From the IMG/VR virus record IMGVR_UViG_3300034356_001545, positions 1 through 59,663 of that record: 59,663 bases of DNA; one strand, 5' to 3'. Position 1 is the stretch's first letter, and each line of letters begins with the position of its first letter. The position numbers and the translations under genes were made by a program. The stretch is from a virus (Duplodnaviria; Caudoviricetes). The notes under the pieces are model-generated. The model made no database searches. It was not told where the DNA came from and was given only the letters and a program-made list of their open reading frames with translations. Shown here piece after piece: positions 17,868-28,031 of the stretch.

Positions 17868-18020
17868 ATGAAAACCCACATCCCCCAGCAAATCATTGTG
17901 CCAGTATACTACCACATTGACGCAAACGCAAAGGTTCACTTTGACTTTGAGCAAATGACTGAATTCTTTGAGAACGAATTGAGTAACATATGCTCTACCG
18001 ACAAACAAATTAAATACTAA
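17868..18020 (+). CDS. Small early protein (MKTHIPQQIIVPVYY...)
   Basis: Manual translation, 50 aa, after promoter. Confidence 0.6.
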   Translation: MKTHIPQQIIVPVYYHIDANAKVHFDFEQMTEFFENELSNICSTDKQIKY

Positions 18021-18024
18021 ACAA

Positions 18025-18246
18025 ATGAAAATCTACATCCTCCACGAAGCACATTCATTGTGCGACTACAACGACCACGAACCCTTCACTACATACGAAG
18101 CCGCAAAGAAGTTCTTTGATGCCACAAAGGCATCAGTCGAAACAAGAGAGCAAATCGAAGAAGTGTACCACGACAACGATGACGATTACTACGTACAAGT
18201 GGACGGGGACAGCATCCGAATATACATCACCGAACATCAATTATAA
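18025..18246 (+). CDS. Early hypothetical protein
   Basis: ORF with A-rich leader. Confidence 0.65.
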   Translation: MKIYILHEAHSLCDYNDHEPFTTYEAAKKFFDATKASVETREQIEEVYHDNDDDYYVQVDGDSIRIYITEHQL

Positions 18247-18259
18247 ACAAATAGAAACT

Positions 18260-18802
18260 ATGCCTAACTGGATGAGAACAGCCCTTGAAGTATCGGGCGA
18301 CAAAACACAACGAGAAGAATTCTTTAATGCAATTGGTCAAGGACTTGAGTCCAATCAGCCAATTGACTTTGAGAAAATCATTCCCCCACCCGACAACTTG
18401 TTCCGAGGTAATCTCGGACAGCCAGAGGAGAAGTACTGCAAGGACAACAACATTCCCGACTGGTATTCTTGGAATACTAAAAACTGGGGAACCAAGTGGA
18501 ACGCGGCCTATGGCGAGGTCAAGACCTTTGGAACCTACAGCAACGTGCTGTTCTTTGATACGGCTTGGAACTTAGCGCTCCCAATACTTGAGGAGATTGA
18601 GCGGATGCTAATAAACGACTACAAGGGACTGGAAGTCTACGGAGAGTTCGTCGAGGAGGGCTACAGCCAGGCTGGGTTCATCAAGATGGATAAAAACGGT
18701 GGACACATCAATGAGGTTACCATCGAGATGGATGAAGATAATAACTACAGCGTACGCTACTTTAACGAAGACGGAATTCAAGTAAAATTTAAACACCTAT
18801 AA
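18260..18802 (+). CDS. YubB/DUF1281-like protein, second paralogue
   Basis: MPNW, DFEKIIP.P, WYSWN..NWGTKWN, FDTAW. Confidence 0.75.
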   Translation: MPNWMRTALEVSGDKTQREEFFNAIGQGLESNQPIDFEKIIPPPDNLFRGNLGQPEEKYCKDNNIPDWYSWNTKNWGTKWNAAYGEVKTFGTYSNVLFFDTAWNLALPILEEIERMLINDYKGLEVYGEFVEEGYSQAGFIKMDKNGGHINEVTIEMDEDNNYSVRYFNEDGIQVKFKHL

Positions 18803-18892
18803 CTATAAAGCCACCGAGTATGGGATATTTTCATCACTTAGGGGGGTGGCTCGGCACCGCCCCTTTATTAACCCAATCAACAACTAACAACT

Positions 18893-19093
18893 ATGAAAAG
18901 CAAATCATTCTTCGGGCAGATATTCAGCCCACCACTACCAGTCGCCAAGGTTAGCATTCAGCGCAAAGGCGGCATCTATGTCCTAAGGGACGATGCCGAC
19001 CAAGACCTTGGGTACGAGTTCGATTCATTCGACCAAGCGTTTAGGTTCGCAAAGATTATTAGCCGAGAGGTTATGGACACGCAAACCTTTTGA
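18893..19093 (+). CDS. Early hypothetical protein
   Basis: ORF with leader CCAATCAACAACTAACAACTATG. Confidence 0.65.
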   Translation: MKSKSFFGQIFSPPLPVAKVSIQRKGGIYVLRDDADQDLGYEFDSFDQAFRFAKIISREVMDTQTF

Positions 19094-19095
19094 TT

Positions 19096-19248
19096 ATGGA
19101 GTACGTGGTATCATACAATCCAGACACCGAGAAGCACGATGTGCTACTTCAGGAGCCGTTCAGGTTCATCAAGTCATTCACCAATCAAGAGGATGCGTTT
19201 GACCTAGCAAAACAATTAACCAATAAAAACAACAGCAAAAACAAATAA
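19096..19248 (+). CDS. Small early protein (MEYVVSYNPDTEKH...)
   Basis: Manual translation, 50 aa. Confidence 0.55.
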   Translation: MEYVVSYNPDTEKHDVLLQEPFRFIKSFTNQEDAFDLAKQLTNKNNSKNK

Positions 19249-19250
19249 CT

Positions 19251-19856
19251 ATGAAAGACTATTCAGATAAACCAACGGAGACCCCACTACAAAATTGTTC
19301 TGACTGCGACCGAGAGTTCGACCAAGACAACGACTACTATGGCTACGACAAGGAAGACAATATAATCTGCGAGAGTTGCTTAGAGTCCCACTGGGAAGCC
19401 CCAACAATCTTGTATGAGTTTGACCCTAACGAGGAATCTATGGCGGTATTCCACTACTCGTATACGCTGAACCGATACCGAGACACCGAGAACTACGAGG
19501 AGCAGGAGGGTGCGCCATCCTGCATCAAGGGTGCTAAGTGGACTTCAATCGACGGATGGAGGGGATACGTTGATGTGGAAATCAATGAAGGCTACACCTT
19601 AGTGGCTGACGGATGGTCAACCGACAGGTACGATGACGTTAGGTGGAAGTGGGACTTCAATGACTTTGTAGACAAGATCCATAACGGAGAACTTGTACCG
19701 CCCACTATGCTGTACTTCATCTTCTCCCAGACCAGTAACGTATTCTCTACGTCCTCTCAGATTGTCGTCAGAAGCCACGAGGAGGATACATTCCTTAACT
19801 GGCTTGGTGATGAGGCCGGCCTAACGAGACAAGAACTTAAGGACGCACTACGATGA
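19251..19856 (+). CDS. Hypothetical protein with N-terminal CxxC...CxxC Zn finger
   Basis: CSDC...CESC; W.S.DGWRGY. Confidence 0.7.
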   Translation: MKDYSDKPTETPLQNCSDCDREFDQDNDYYGYDKEDNIICESCLESHWEAPTILYEFDPNEESMAVFHYSYTLNRYRDTENYEEQEGAPSCIKGAKWTSIDGWRGYVDVEINEGYTLVADGWSTDRYDDVRWKWDFNDFVDKIHNGELVPPTMLYFIFSQTSNVFSTSSQIVVRSHEEDTFLNWLGDEAGLTRQELKDALR

Positions 19857-20101
19857 AGCCGATAGTTAGAAACAAGAAGAGGCTTACCTCCGACAGCACG
19901 ATGAGTAAAATCATCACGCGAGTACGATACGCACAACACATAGTAATCAAAGAAGAACAATACGATGAAGAAGACTTCCAGTAACGATGAGTTCTCTGAA
20001 CTGATCGATAAGATAGCCGCCAAGGGTATGTCATTCCTGCAAGTAGTTATTTTCGCTAACATTGTGGTGCTAATTGTAGCACAAATAATTAAAGCACTAA
20101 A

Positions 20102-20404
20102 GTGATGAAGATGACCTACGAATCCTTTACCTCAAGCAAGTTCCTTATCCGCTTCTGCGCGAACGGAACTCGGGGCGAGGTGACCATAAGACCACTCGTT
20201 GACGATGAGTGGGCTACCACATCGGTAGGAGACAAGTACTACGATGTGAACCTATGGCTCGACGAGCAGAAGGGCGAGAGCCCAATAGTTCGGTTCGGGG
20301 TCTACAGCCTAAGTTATTCCGAGGACGGGATGCTTATAACCGACAGCAAGATGGCCTGCAGTAGCGACTGCCCTGATGCTGTTATACAAATAGTAAATTG
20401 TTAA
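20102..20404 (+). CDS. Hypothetical protein
   Basis: ORF track. Confidence 0.6.
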   Translation: MMKMTYESFTSSKFLIRFCANGTRGEVTIRPLVDDEWATTSVGDKYYDVNLWLDEQKGESPIVRFGVYSLSYSEDGMLITDSKMACSSDCPDAVIQIVNC

Positions 20405-20513
20405 TAACTTTTTTTCAAAGAGTACAAAAAACCTTGCTACCATAAATTCTGAGGGCTAACTTCGCCCTGCGAGAGCAACCAATTAACGTCCATAACATTA
20501 ACACATACAGCAT

Positions 20514-21089
20514 ATGAACGACCACTTTCATTCCTTAGTACGCTTCTACGTACTGCGAGTAACCGCGATGGAGACAGCCCTCAAGGCTGTCGAATCAGAG
20601 CGGGATGCACTGCTAAACGAACTGATGCTTCTGCGTCAAGAGTAAGGCTTCGTTATCCTGGGGCAATCCAGGCGCACTATATCCAATTAACAACAAACAA
20701 ATAAAACTATGAAACAAAAGATTGAAGCAATGGGTTATATCTATCTGACTATCATAACGATAGCGGTGTTCACAGCCCTAATAAACGCACACATACAATG
20801 AGAGAGCAGTTTATGCGGATAGCGATGGCGCGATTGCGCCCCGCTTATCCTTTCAGACTACAGCGTATTGCTGTTGCCGCTAAGATGTGGAGCAGGTTTA
20901 TATCGAGAAAAGTAGGCGCAGAAGGTGAAAACTAGGTGCATATCTATGAAACTTAAGCCCCTTGCAAACCTAAAGATTCAGCGACGTTTACTCGTTGAAG
21001 CAGTAGAGTACCACGACAATTTCTTAAATGATGCGTTTAAGCGCATCAATGAAATTGACCTGATCTTAGAAAGAAATAACAGCAAATAG
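20514..21089 (+). CDS. Cluster of four tiny ORFs (about 20514-20645, 20709-20801, 20798-20935, 20946-21089)
   Basis: Manual translation; leaders and overlaps are consistent with an operon. Confidence 0.5.
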
Positions 21090-21151
21090 TTGCGTACCAG
21101 ACATATTACTATTATCTTTGTACAAATTAATCAATAATTCAATTAAACACT

Positions 21152-21748
21152 ATGAAAGAACAAACTTTCCAACAGCGACTGATCAATGTCCAGTCGCGAC
21201 TCAAAGCCCCCAAGGGCCAATACAATTCTTTCGGTAAGTACTCTTACCGAAATCAGGAGGACATCCTCGAAGCACTCAAGCCACTGCTTGCAGAGAACGA
21301 ACTTGTGCTTACACTATCTGACAGCATACACGAGATCTTCGGACTTGTGTACGTGGAGTCAAAGGTTCGTGTGTCGTCGGGTGCCGAAGAAATCACCGTA
21401 ACAGCTCAGGCAGGCATCGACCCGAACCGCAAGGGGATGGACATCGCCCAGTCGTTTGGCTCATCATCATCCTATGCTCGTAAGTATGCTCTTAATGCTA
21501 TGTTCTTGATTGACGACACTAAAGATGCTGACTCTACCAATACGCACGGCAAGGGCTCCTCGGCTTCGGTGCCTACGGCGAAGCCGGTCGCCGCTAAGCC
21601 ATCAGCAGGGTCTGAGCTTTTCCAAAAAGCTGTTGACCGAATGAAAGAGGTAGGTACTAAAGAGAAGTACGAAGAGATCTTAACAGCAATTGGGGACCAA
21701 CTCTCTGATTCCCAGCGTAACGCGCTGTCTAAGTTCATCAAGAAGTAA
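21152..21748 (+). CDS. ERF-family single-strand annealing protein
   Basis: KGQYNSFGKYSYR, AQSFGSSSSYARKYAL. Confidence 0.92.
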   Translation: MKEQTFQQRLINVQSRLKAPKGQYNSFGKYSYRNQEDILEALKPLLAENELVLTLSDSIHEIFGLVYVESKVRVSSGAEEITVTAQAGIDPNRKGMDIAQSFGSSSSYARKYALNAMFLIDDTKDADSTNTHGKGSSASVPTAKPVAAKPSAGSELFQKAVDRMKEVGTKEKYEEILTAIGDQLSDSQRNALSKFIKK

Positions 21749-22536
21749 TGAGCGAGATAATCTTGCTTGACGGCACGTCCTGGGAGAAGAACGTCTTGCT
21801 TGAGGCAATGATGGACGACGACTTCTACTATGGCTACCTAGGCTCTGCTTCACTATCATCTTCTTCCGACAAGCTTTTAAACGAAAGCCCGAAGGAGTAC
21901 AAAAATATGCTAGAGGGGGCAAGGCTGGATACACCAGCCCTTGCCATCGGCAAGCTAATCCACACTGCGGTCCTTGAGCCTGAGAAGGTAGAGGCTCTGT
22001 TTGTGAAGGTAGACGTGGCCTCCAAGGCATCGAAGATCTACAAGGATGCCAAGGAACAGCTGTTGAAGGGTCAAACGATCCTTACCACTAGCGAGTACGA
22101 CCTTAGTATGGCTGTTGTGGAGGTTCTGCTTCGCAACGAGTTAGTTAAGGATATGCTAAAGGGTGGGGAGTTCGAGATGCCAGCCATTGGTGACGTATCT
22201 GGACTGCCCCACCGGGCGAAGGCGGACATCCTCCACAGAGGTGTCGCCGTTTACGATCTTAAGACAACATCAGACATTGGCTCATTTAGCCACAGCGCAA
22301 AACGGTATGGATATCCAGCACAGGTATACATATACTCTACGCTGTTTGGAATTGACTACAATAACTTTCAGTTCATAGTAGTCGATAAGGGAAGTAAGGA
22401 TATTGGGGTTTTCTCCGTCTCTGAGTCCTTCTACCTTGAGGGTAAGCGTTTAGTCGATAAAGCTGTCCGTGTTTACACGGAATACTTTATCAACGGCGAA
22501 GACCTCGATAATTATATAATAACAGGAGAACTTTAA
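21748..22536 (+). CDS. RecE/exonuclease VIII-like PD-(D/E)XK nuclease
   Basis: LSSS, G..IHTAVLEP, KAD...DLKTT, Y..Q..IY. Confidence 0.85.
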   Translation: MSEIILLDGTSWEKNVLLEAMMDDDFYYGYLGSASLSSSSDKLLNESPKEYKNMLEGARLDTPALAIGKLIHTAVLEPEKVEALFVKVDVASKASKIYKDAKEQLLKGQTILTTSEYDLSMAVVEVLLRNELVKDMLKGGEFEMPAIGDVSGLPHRAKADILHRGVAVYDLKTTSDIGSFSHSAKRYGYPAQVYIYSTLFGIDYNNFQFIVVDKGSKDIGVFSVSESFYLEGKRLVDKAVRVYTEYFINGEDLDNYIITGEL

Positions 22537-22546
22537 TTTTAATTTT

Positions 22547-22825
22547 ATGTCATCATCAACAGATTATAAAAAGAAAATCAATTATATCGGCAATGTTTTT
22601 TACAACGAATACGAAGGTGAGTTCACTGGATATTCTCTGTACCTAACAGCAGAAGAGCTTGACAATGCTAAGGCATATCTAGCCGACACTGGTCGTGTAT
22701 TGATTAAGCTTAGAACAGGTCGTGAGCCAAAGAAGCCTTACGCATCTATCGAAGCCGCTAAGACACCAGCACCACCTAAGACTGAACAGCCTCGGGTAAT
22801 GCCAACTACCACGCTAGAATTCTAA
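22547..22825 (+). CDS. Putative ssDNA-binding protein
   Basis: Position after recombination genes; YIG N-terminal motif; flexible tail ending in F. Confidence 0.4.
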   Translation: MSSSTDYKKKINYIGNVFYNEYEGEFTGYSLYLTAEELDNAKAYLADTGRVLIKLRTGREPKKPYASIEAAKTPAPPKTEQPRVMPTTTLEF

Positions 22826-23217
22826 TGCTGGAGACTTCGATAGCATACCTGCTCTCGATGGAGTGGGGGAGGGACATCACTGCCCCCCCCTCTTCCTCCT
22901 TCTCCTTGACAAGCAGCAACGGATCAAAGGACGTTACGTTCTACATCATCCAGGCTACGCTTGACAATGGAGTTATACGATTCGTTCCTATGTCCACAAG
23001 CAAGGAGTTCATCGTTATGTTTATATGGAAGAAGGAAGGGGCCAACTGCGTAACTATCCCAACAGCTAAAATACAGGACGACCTACCTACTGGGATGATA
23101 ACATCAAAGAAGATTGCAGATTCCTTAATCCATAAAACACAAATAGATGTCTCTTCCGATCTTTTACCTTCAGGCAACGATTTCATATACCAAAGGCAAG
23201 CAAAAGATAAAGCGTGA
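22825..23217 (+). CDS. Hypothetical protein
   Basis: TAATG coupling to the previous gene. Confidence 0.55.
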   Translation: MLETSIAYLLSMEWGRDITAPPSSSFSLTSSNGSKDVTFYIIQATLDNGVIRFVPMSTSKEFIVMFIWKKEGANCVTIPTAKIQDDLPTGMITSKKIADSLIHKTQIDVSSDLLPSGNDFIYQRQAKDKA

Positions 23218-23383
23218 GGAGTGGATTGTTTCTAAGTACGATACCGCAAGGGAGATAATGATCAACGACTCTAAGACCAATAAAAGCTTAGAGGACAGGG
23301 TCTACGGAAAGGCATACAAGGGAGAGAAGAAGATTGTGATTGTAAAGATTAACTCAAAGAAAATAGTAGGATATGGAGTCTAA
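23147..23383 (+). CDS. Hypothetical protein
   Basis: ORF track. Confidence 0.6.
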   Translation: MSLPIFYLQATISYTKGKQKIKREEWIVSKYDTAREIMINDSKTNKSLEDRVYGKAYKGEKKIVIVKINSKKIVGYGV

Positions 23384-23965
23384 AAACAAAGGAGCCGGAG
23401 AGGATATGAAGTTTATATTCTGGGATGATGTTGGTGACAGCCAAGATCACGTCGACAACCAATGCGACTGCCCTCCTTGGAAAACTGAGATTGCTTACAA
23501 CGAACTCAATAAGCCTTGCTGCATTGCTAAGGCAAGGCAACAAGACTTTCTAGAGCAGAAAAGACTCGATGAACGTATGAGAGTTATTATGCAGAATGGT
23601 AACACCGGCGAGCACTACCCAGAGTATGACGATGAAAAATAAAAGGCTAATACTTGAACAGTATAATAAGGCGAAGAACTTTCGCAACGTATGTATGTAT
23701 GATGGTAAGCAGGCAGAGGCTAAGTACTGGTCTGGCTACATCGACGCACTCAGTTTAATTATAGAGACACAGATAGATGAAAAAGACAGCAATTAAAGAA
23801 GTCGAAGACAAACTAAACGAACTAGATTCCAAGGAGTTCTACCGATGGATCATAATGAATATGCCTAGGCTATTGGTAGTAGACAAGAAGTCTACTCAAG
23901 AGAAACGTGATGATGTATTGACGAGTTTGTACAGCCACCCACGGCACATAGGGTCGAAGTACTAA
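23373..23965 (+). CDS. Three small hypothetical ORFs (23373-23642, ~23632-23796, 23777-23965)
   Basis: Overlapping ORF chain. Confidence 0.55.
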
Positions 23966-24071
23966 AGCTGTTGGGAGTTACTGAGGCGCAAGATGTAGCA
24001 GCTAATGCTACGAAAGTCAAGAGAAGTATCTTCATAGAATGTTAATTTAATGTTAAATATACAAAAAACAA

Positions 24072-24864
24072 ATGAAAAACAATAAAACAACCAAAAGAGT
24101 AGACCTTCCAGTGGATGAGTTTATCAATCAATTTCCACTAACCGCACAGCTTGAAATAGACTACTTCTTCAAAGAGAATAGGTCAATACGGAAGTCAGTG
24201 CCAACAGTTCTTGACTTTCTTCTTGATGCATTCGAAGGGCACGAAGAGGAGAAGGAGATCAAGAAGCTACTCAAGTTGTACGACAAGGAAAAATGAAAAT
24301 AGAGATAACAATGACCGAGCTGTTACTAATCATTGATATGATTAAGAACGGCATCGAACCAGAAGACAACGAAGGCACGGACTTCTACACTGAAGATGAA
24401 CTTAATAACAATAAAACAATGACTGACATAACAAAATGCTGGGGACACGGATGTGATCTCAAGGAATCTTGCTACCGCTTCACTGCCTCCGAAGGTATGT
24501 ATCAATCCTACTTTATGAACTCACCTATTAAGGACGGCAAGTGCGAATACCAGTGGGATACTAGCGCCAAAGAGAAATGAAAACACCAAGATTAACCAAA
24601 CAGCAAAAGCGAGAGCAGGCAGTGATTGACCTACTCAATCAGATGTTTGTTATTGCCGGACACGATGTTACCTACGATGACATCAAGGGTAGAACCGACA
24701 ACTGGTGGGCCGAGTGGACTATGACTATGGATCAGTCCGACCAGTGGATGGCCTGGGGCGTAGACTACCTACGTAAGAATCTAAAGCTAAACAAAACCTT
24801 AGCTGAGAAAGAAATGCAGTGGATCAACGTACAATGGGGGCTCAAGTATAGTGATTTGAAATGA
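24072..24864 (+). CDS. Three small hypothetical ORFs (24072-24296; 24293-24580 with Cys-rich DITKC..C..KE.CYR domain; 24577-24864)
   Basis: ATGA-coupled ORFs. Confidence 0.65.
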
Positions 24865-25063
24865 ACCCTTTATAGTGCATTAAGGCGCACTTGACCTGTT
24901 AATGTACGTTTTAATGTACATTATGACTACAAATTGTGCAATTAAAGGTACATTATCAAACGAAAAAATAAGTGTATTTATTTGCATATAGGCCAAACCA
25001 ATGCGTACATTTACAATTAAATACGTATAATATGTCCAGTAAATTTTATTAAAAACAAAACAA

Positions 25064-25327
25064 ATGAAAGCAGAATCAATTAAAGAACCAGATAACACTG
25101 TAGGATATGTGGAGTATAGCATAAAGCAGAAGTGTCTCCACTTCAATCAACATACGAAAGGACGATTCCGCCATAGTAGATCAGAAGATTGGGATGTTAT
25201 TGGTTTCTGTACGTTTGACACTGGAGTGAAAATCGCAATGTATTGTCAGGACGTCTTGGATAAAGAGGGAAAGTTTGACATAAGAGATGTTAGGATTGCG
25301 TATGAACTATATAAAGAAACCGAATAA
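25064..25327 (+). CDS. Hypothetical protein
   Basis: ORF with A-rich leader. Confidence 0.6.
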   Translation: MKAESIKEPDNTVGYVEYSIKQKCLHFNQHTKGRFRHSRSEDWDVIGFCTFDTGVKIAMYCQDVLDKEGKFDIRDVRIAYELYKETE

Positions 25328-25329
25328 AA

Positions 25330-25776
25330 ATGAACGACTCAGCTATAAAGATTCTAAAAACAGCAAATGCTGTTAGGGATTTATTGTTAGAAAAAAATAA
25401 AGCATATGGGGACTCAGCACTTGAGCCTTCCAATATCTTTGCAAAGGGTTCCGCTGTAGAGAACATCTGCTGTCGTATTGACGACAAGCTGATGCGAATC
25501 AAAAACAAAGGGATCAACGACTCCACGGAGGATACTATTCAGGACCTAATAGGTTATTTAATTTTACTTAAAATTGCAGTTGAAGATGAGCGTACTAGAA
25601 CAATCAATAACCATATTTCCGAGTATTCTACACACGGAGAAACCTTCGTACATAACGATATCCGCCGCACTCCAAAGAATCTCGACTGGTGGGAAACATC
25701 TACCTCTAGTTCAGCAAGTCAGAGAAGGCCAAAAAGAAGCGAAGAAGAAGCTTCCGGTGATCCTATGGGCGGGTGA
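25330..25776 (+). CDS. Nucleotide-modification-associated domain 1 (DUF1599-like) protein
   Basis: KN.AYGDS...RIDDKL.RI...EDTIQDLIGY. Confidence 0.8.
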   Translation: MNDSAIKILKTANAVRDLLLEKNKAYGDSALEPSNIFAKGSAVENICCRIDDKLMRIKNKGINDSTEDTIQDLIGYLILLKIAVEDERTRTINNHISEYSTHGETFVHNDIRRTPKNLDWWETSTSSSASQRRPKRSEEEASGDPMGG

Positions 25777-27412
25777 GTTTGACTCACGCCGCGACGAATC
25801 AATACGACAGCACAGCGGACTGATAGTCCTTGACTTCGACCACCTAGACGTGGAAGGAAGCAAAGACATTTTATCCACAGATCCATATGTATTCGCCTGC
25901 TGGATATCTCCATCCGGCGAAGGGCTCAAGGCACTGGTCAACGTATCGAATCCAAGCCTACATAGAGACCATTTCCGAGCACTTCAGGCATACTTTGATG
26001 CTGAGTATGGTCTAGAGGTAGACCCCTCTGGAATCAACGAATCTCGCGCCTGCTTTGACAGCTACGACCCAGAGATTGTAGTCAACGAAGGCTCCAAGAT
26101 ATTCGGGCAGATGATGTCCGAGAAGTCTATAGCTCAGAAGGTACAGCCGAAGGACCACTACACCGACTACAATAAGTTGGCGGTGGTGTCATCTATGATA
26201 CGCCGAGCAGAGGATGGAGAGAAGCACGCGATACTTCTCAAGGCAGCGATCCTATGTGGCGGCTATATTGCTGTTGGACGTATGGAAGAGGACGAGGCAT
26301 ACCACGTACTCGAGAGGGAGATCCTTAGGCGCGATGTGGACTCCATAGAGACCGCACGCAACACAATCAAGGACGGCATAGAGAAGGGCAAGACGATGCC
26401 CATCCGTGAGGTACTAGAGGAGGAGAACTCCGCCAAGCTGGAGATGATGATCAACGACGGGGATATGTCGTTCATATCCTCCGACGATGAAGACTACCGA
26501 TGGATTCAGGACTACATAGAGGGCAAGATACAGCTAGGCCTTACCACTGGGTGCAAGGACTTTGACAAGCACTTCCTGATCAAGAGAGACCTAACCGTAA
26601 TCAACGGAATATCAAACATTGGTAAGTCTACGTTCTCTCTATATATGATTGTATCTACTGCAGTTAACCACAACTGGAGGTGGATTATATACTCATCAGA
26701 GAACCGCACCGCTGCAGTTAAGATGAAGCTCATACAGTTTGCTGCAAATATGCAGGTCAAGGAGATGAATGGATACGACCTTAAGAGGTCGTACCAATGG
26801 GTCAATGACCACTTCACGATAATCAGTAACAAGAGCATCTACTCCTACAGCGACCTGCTGGTGTTCGGAGAGAAGCTAATACGCCAGGGAGACTACGATG
26901 GCTACTTCATTGATCCGTACAACAGCCTAAAGATTCAGATGTCTTCTGGCTCTTCGCTCACCACCCACGACTACCACTACGAGGCTGCCTCTGAGTTCCT
27001 TTCGTTTACCCAGTCCCACAATATGGGCCTATGGCTGTCTACCCACGCCATCACCGAAGCGCAGAGGCGTAAGGGAGAGGACGGACTACCGAAGGCTCCC
27101 TATGCTGAGGACACCGAAGGTGGAGGTAAATTCGTAAATAAGTCTGATAATTTCTTGACATTCCACAGGAAAATTCAGCACCCAGAGTACGATATGAGGC
27201 GTACCGTTGAGGTACACGTAAGAAAGATTAGGGAGGTAGAGTCCGGTGGGGAACCCACAAGCCTCGACTATCCTGTTCTGTTTGAGATGAATGGGCTAAG
27301 CTCTGGCTTCGTAAACAAGTTTACAGGAAAGCCATTGTTTAAGTCTATACTTGCCGATGTACCTCCACCAAAGATTAACTTCGAAGGTGTTGTGTATGAA
27401 GATGCTTTCTAG
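25586..27412 (+). CDS. Primase-helicase (VirE/BT4734-like N-terminal domain plus SF4 helicase)
   Basis: K..LP...F..R....HSG.IVLDFDH, SPSGEGLK, R.C..SYDP; GISNIGKS, SSEN, IDPYN. Confidence 0.85.
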   Translation: MSVLEQSITIFPSILHTEKPSYITISAALQRISTGGKHLPLVQQVREGQKEAKKKLPVILWAGEFDSRRDESIRQHSGLIVLDFDHLDVEGSKDILSTDPYVFACWISPSGEGLKALVNVSNPSLHRDHFRALQAYFDAEYGLEVDPSGINESRACFDSYDPEIVVNEGSKIFGQMMSEKSIAQKVQPKDHYTDYNKLAVVSSMIRRAEDGEKHAILLKAAILCGGYIAVGRMEEDEAYHVLEREILRRDVDSIETARNTIKDGIEKGKTMPIREVLEEENSAKLEMMINDGDMSFISSDDEDYRWIQDYIEGKIQLGLTTGCKDFDKHFLIKRDLTVINGISNIGKSTFSLYMIVSTAVNHNWRWIIYSSENRTAAVKMKLIQFAANMQVKEMNGYDLKRSYQWVNDHFTIISNKSIYSYSDLLVFGEKLIRQGDYDGYFIDPYNSLKIQMSSGSSLTTHDYHYEAASEFLSFTQSHNMGLWLSTHAITEAQRRKGEDGLPKAPYAEDTEGGGKFVNKSDNFLTFHRKIQHPEYDMRRTVEVHVRKIREVESGGEPTSLDYPVLFEMNGLSSGFVNKFTGKPLFKSILADVPPPKINFEGVVYEDAF

Positions 27413-27424
27413 TATCTTTGACTA

Positions 27425-27955
27425 GTGATAAATAATTATAATGAAATTGAGATATCAATACCAAAGCCTCCGTCACTTAATCAGCTCTACGCTGGCAAGT
27501 TTTGGACGTTCCGCCACAGGGAAAAAGAAAAGTATTTTAATGGCCTTTCCACTGCGCTTGAAGGACACGACAAATGGTCTACGGACCGCTTCGCTATCCA
27601 CCTACGCTATAATTCTAAATTCGACGTTGACAATTCTGTTGTTGCTGTTAAGTTTCTTGCAGATTATCTACGCTATAATGGATACGTTATCGATGATACT
27701 CCTAAACATTTCTTGGAGCTTAGAATCACGTTTGATGCGGAACTCAAAAAGGATCAATACATCGCTAAAATAATCTGTTATAACTATAATTTAATTCAAA
27801 ACAATAACGATAATGACATTAGAGCAACTAAGCCGGGTGTACTTCATAGCGACCTCGAGGATATCAGCGGGGAGCGCGGAACTGTACGAAGACCTACACG
27901 ACCAAAAAGGAAGCCCGCTGCTAGACCCAAAGCAGGTAAGCGAGATAACAAATAA
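27425..27955 (+). CDS. RusA-like Holliday junction resolvase
   Basis: PPSLN, DVDN..K...D.L...G...DD. Confidence 0.75.
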   Translation: MINNYNEIEISIPKPPSLNQLYAGKFWTFRHREKEKYFNGLSTALEGHDKWSTDRFAIHLRYNSKFDVDNSVVAVKFLADYLRYNGYVIDDTPKHFLELRITFDAELKKDQYIAKIICYNYNLIQNNNDNDIRATKPGVLHSDLEDISGERGTVRRPTRPKRKPAARPKAGKRDNK

Positions 27956-28031
27956 GTACTCTAGATCATTTCGTCTTGAGCTTGATATGATTCGCTCCGC
28001 ACTTACGGAGTACGCAGAACAGCAGCGATGA
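27813..28031 (+). CDS. Hypothetical protein
   Basis: ORF coupled to the next gene. Confidence 0.55.
   Translation: MTLEQLSRVYFIATSRISAGSAELYEDLHDQKGSPLLDPKQVSEITNKYSRSFRLELDMIRSALTEYAEQQR

Noticed and set aside
23981-24020. Third hammerhead (CTGAGG...stem-GAAA)
   Set aside because: It lacks CUGANGA adjacent to stem II and has no stem III or cleavage triplet geometry
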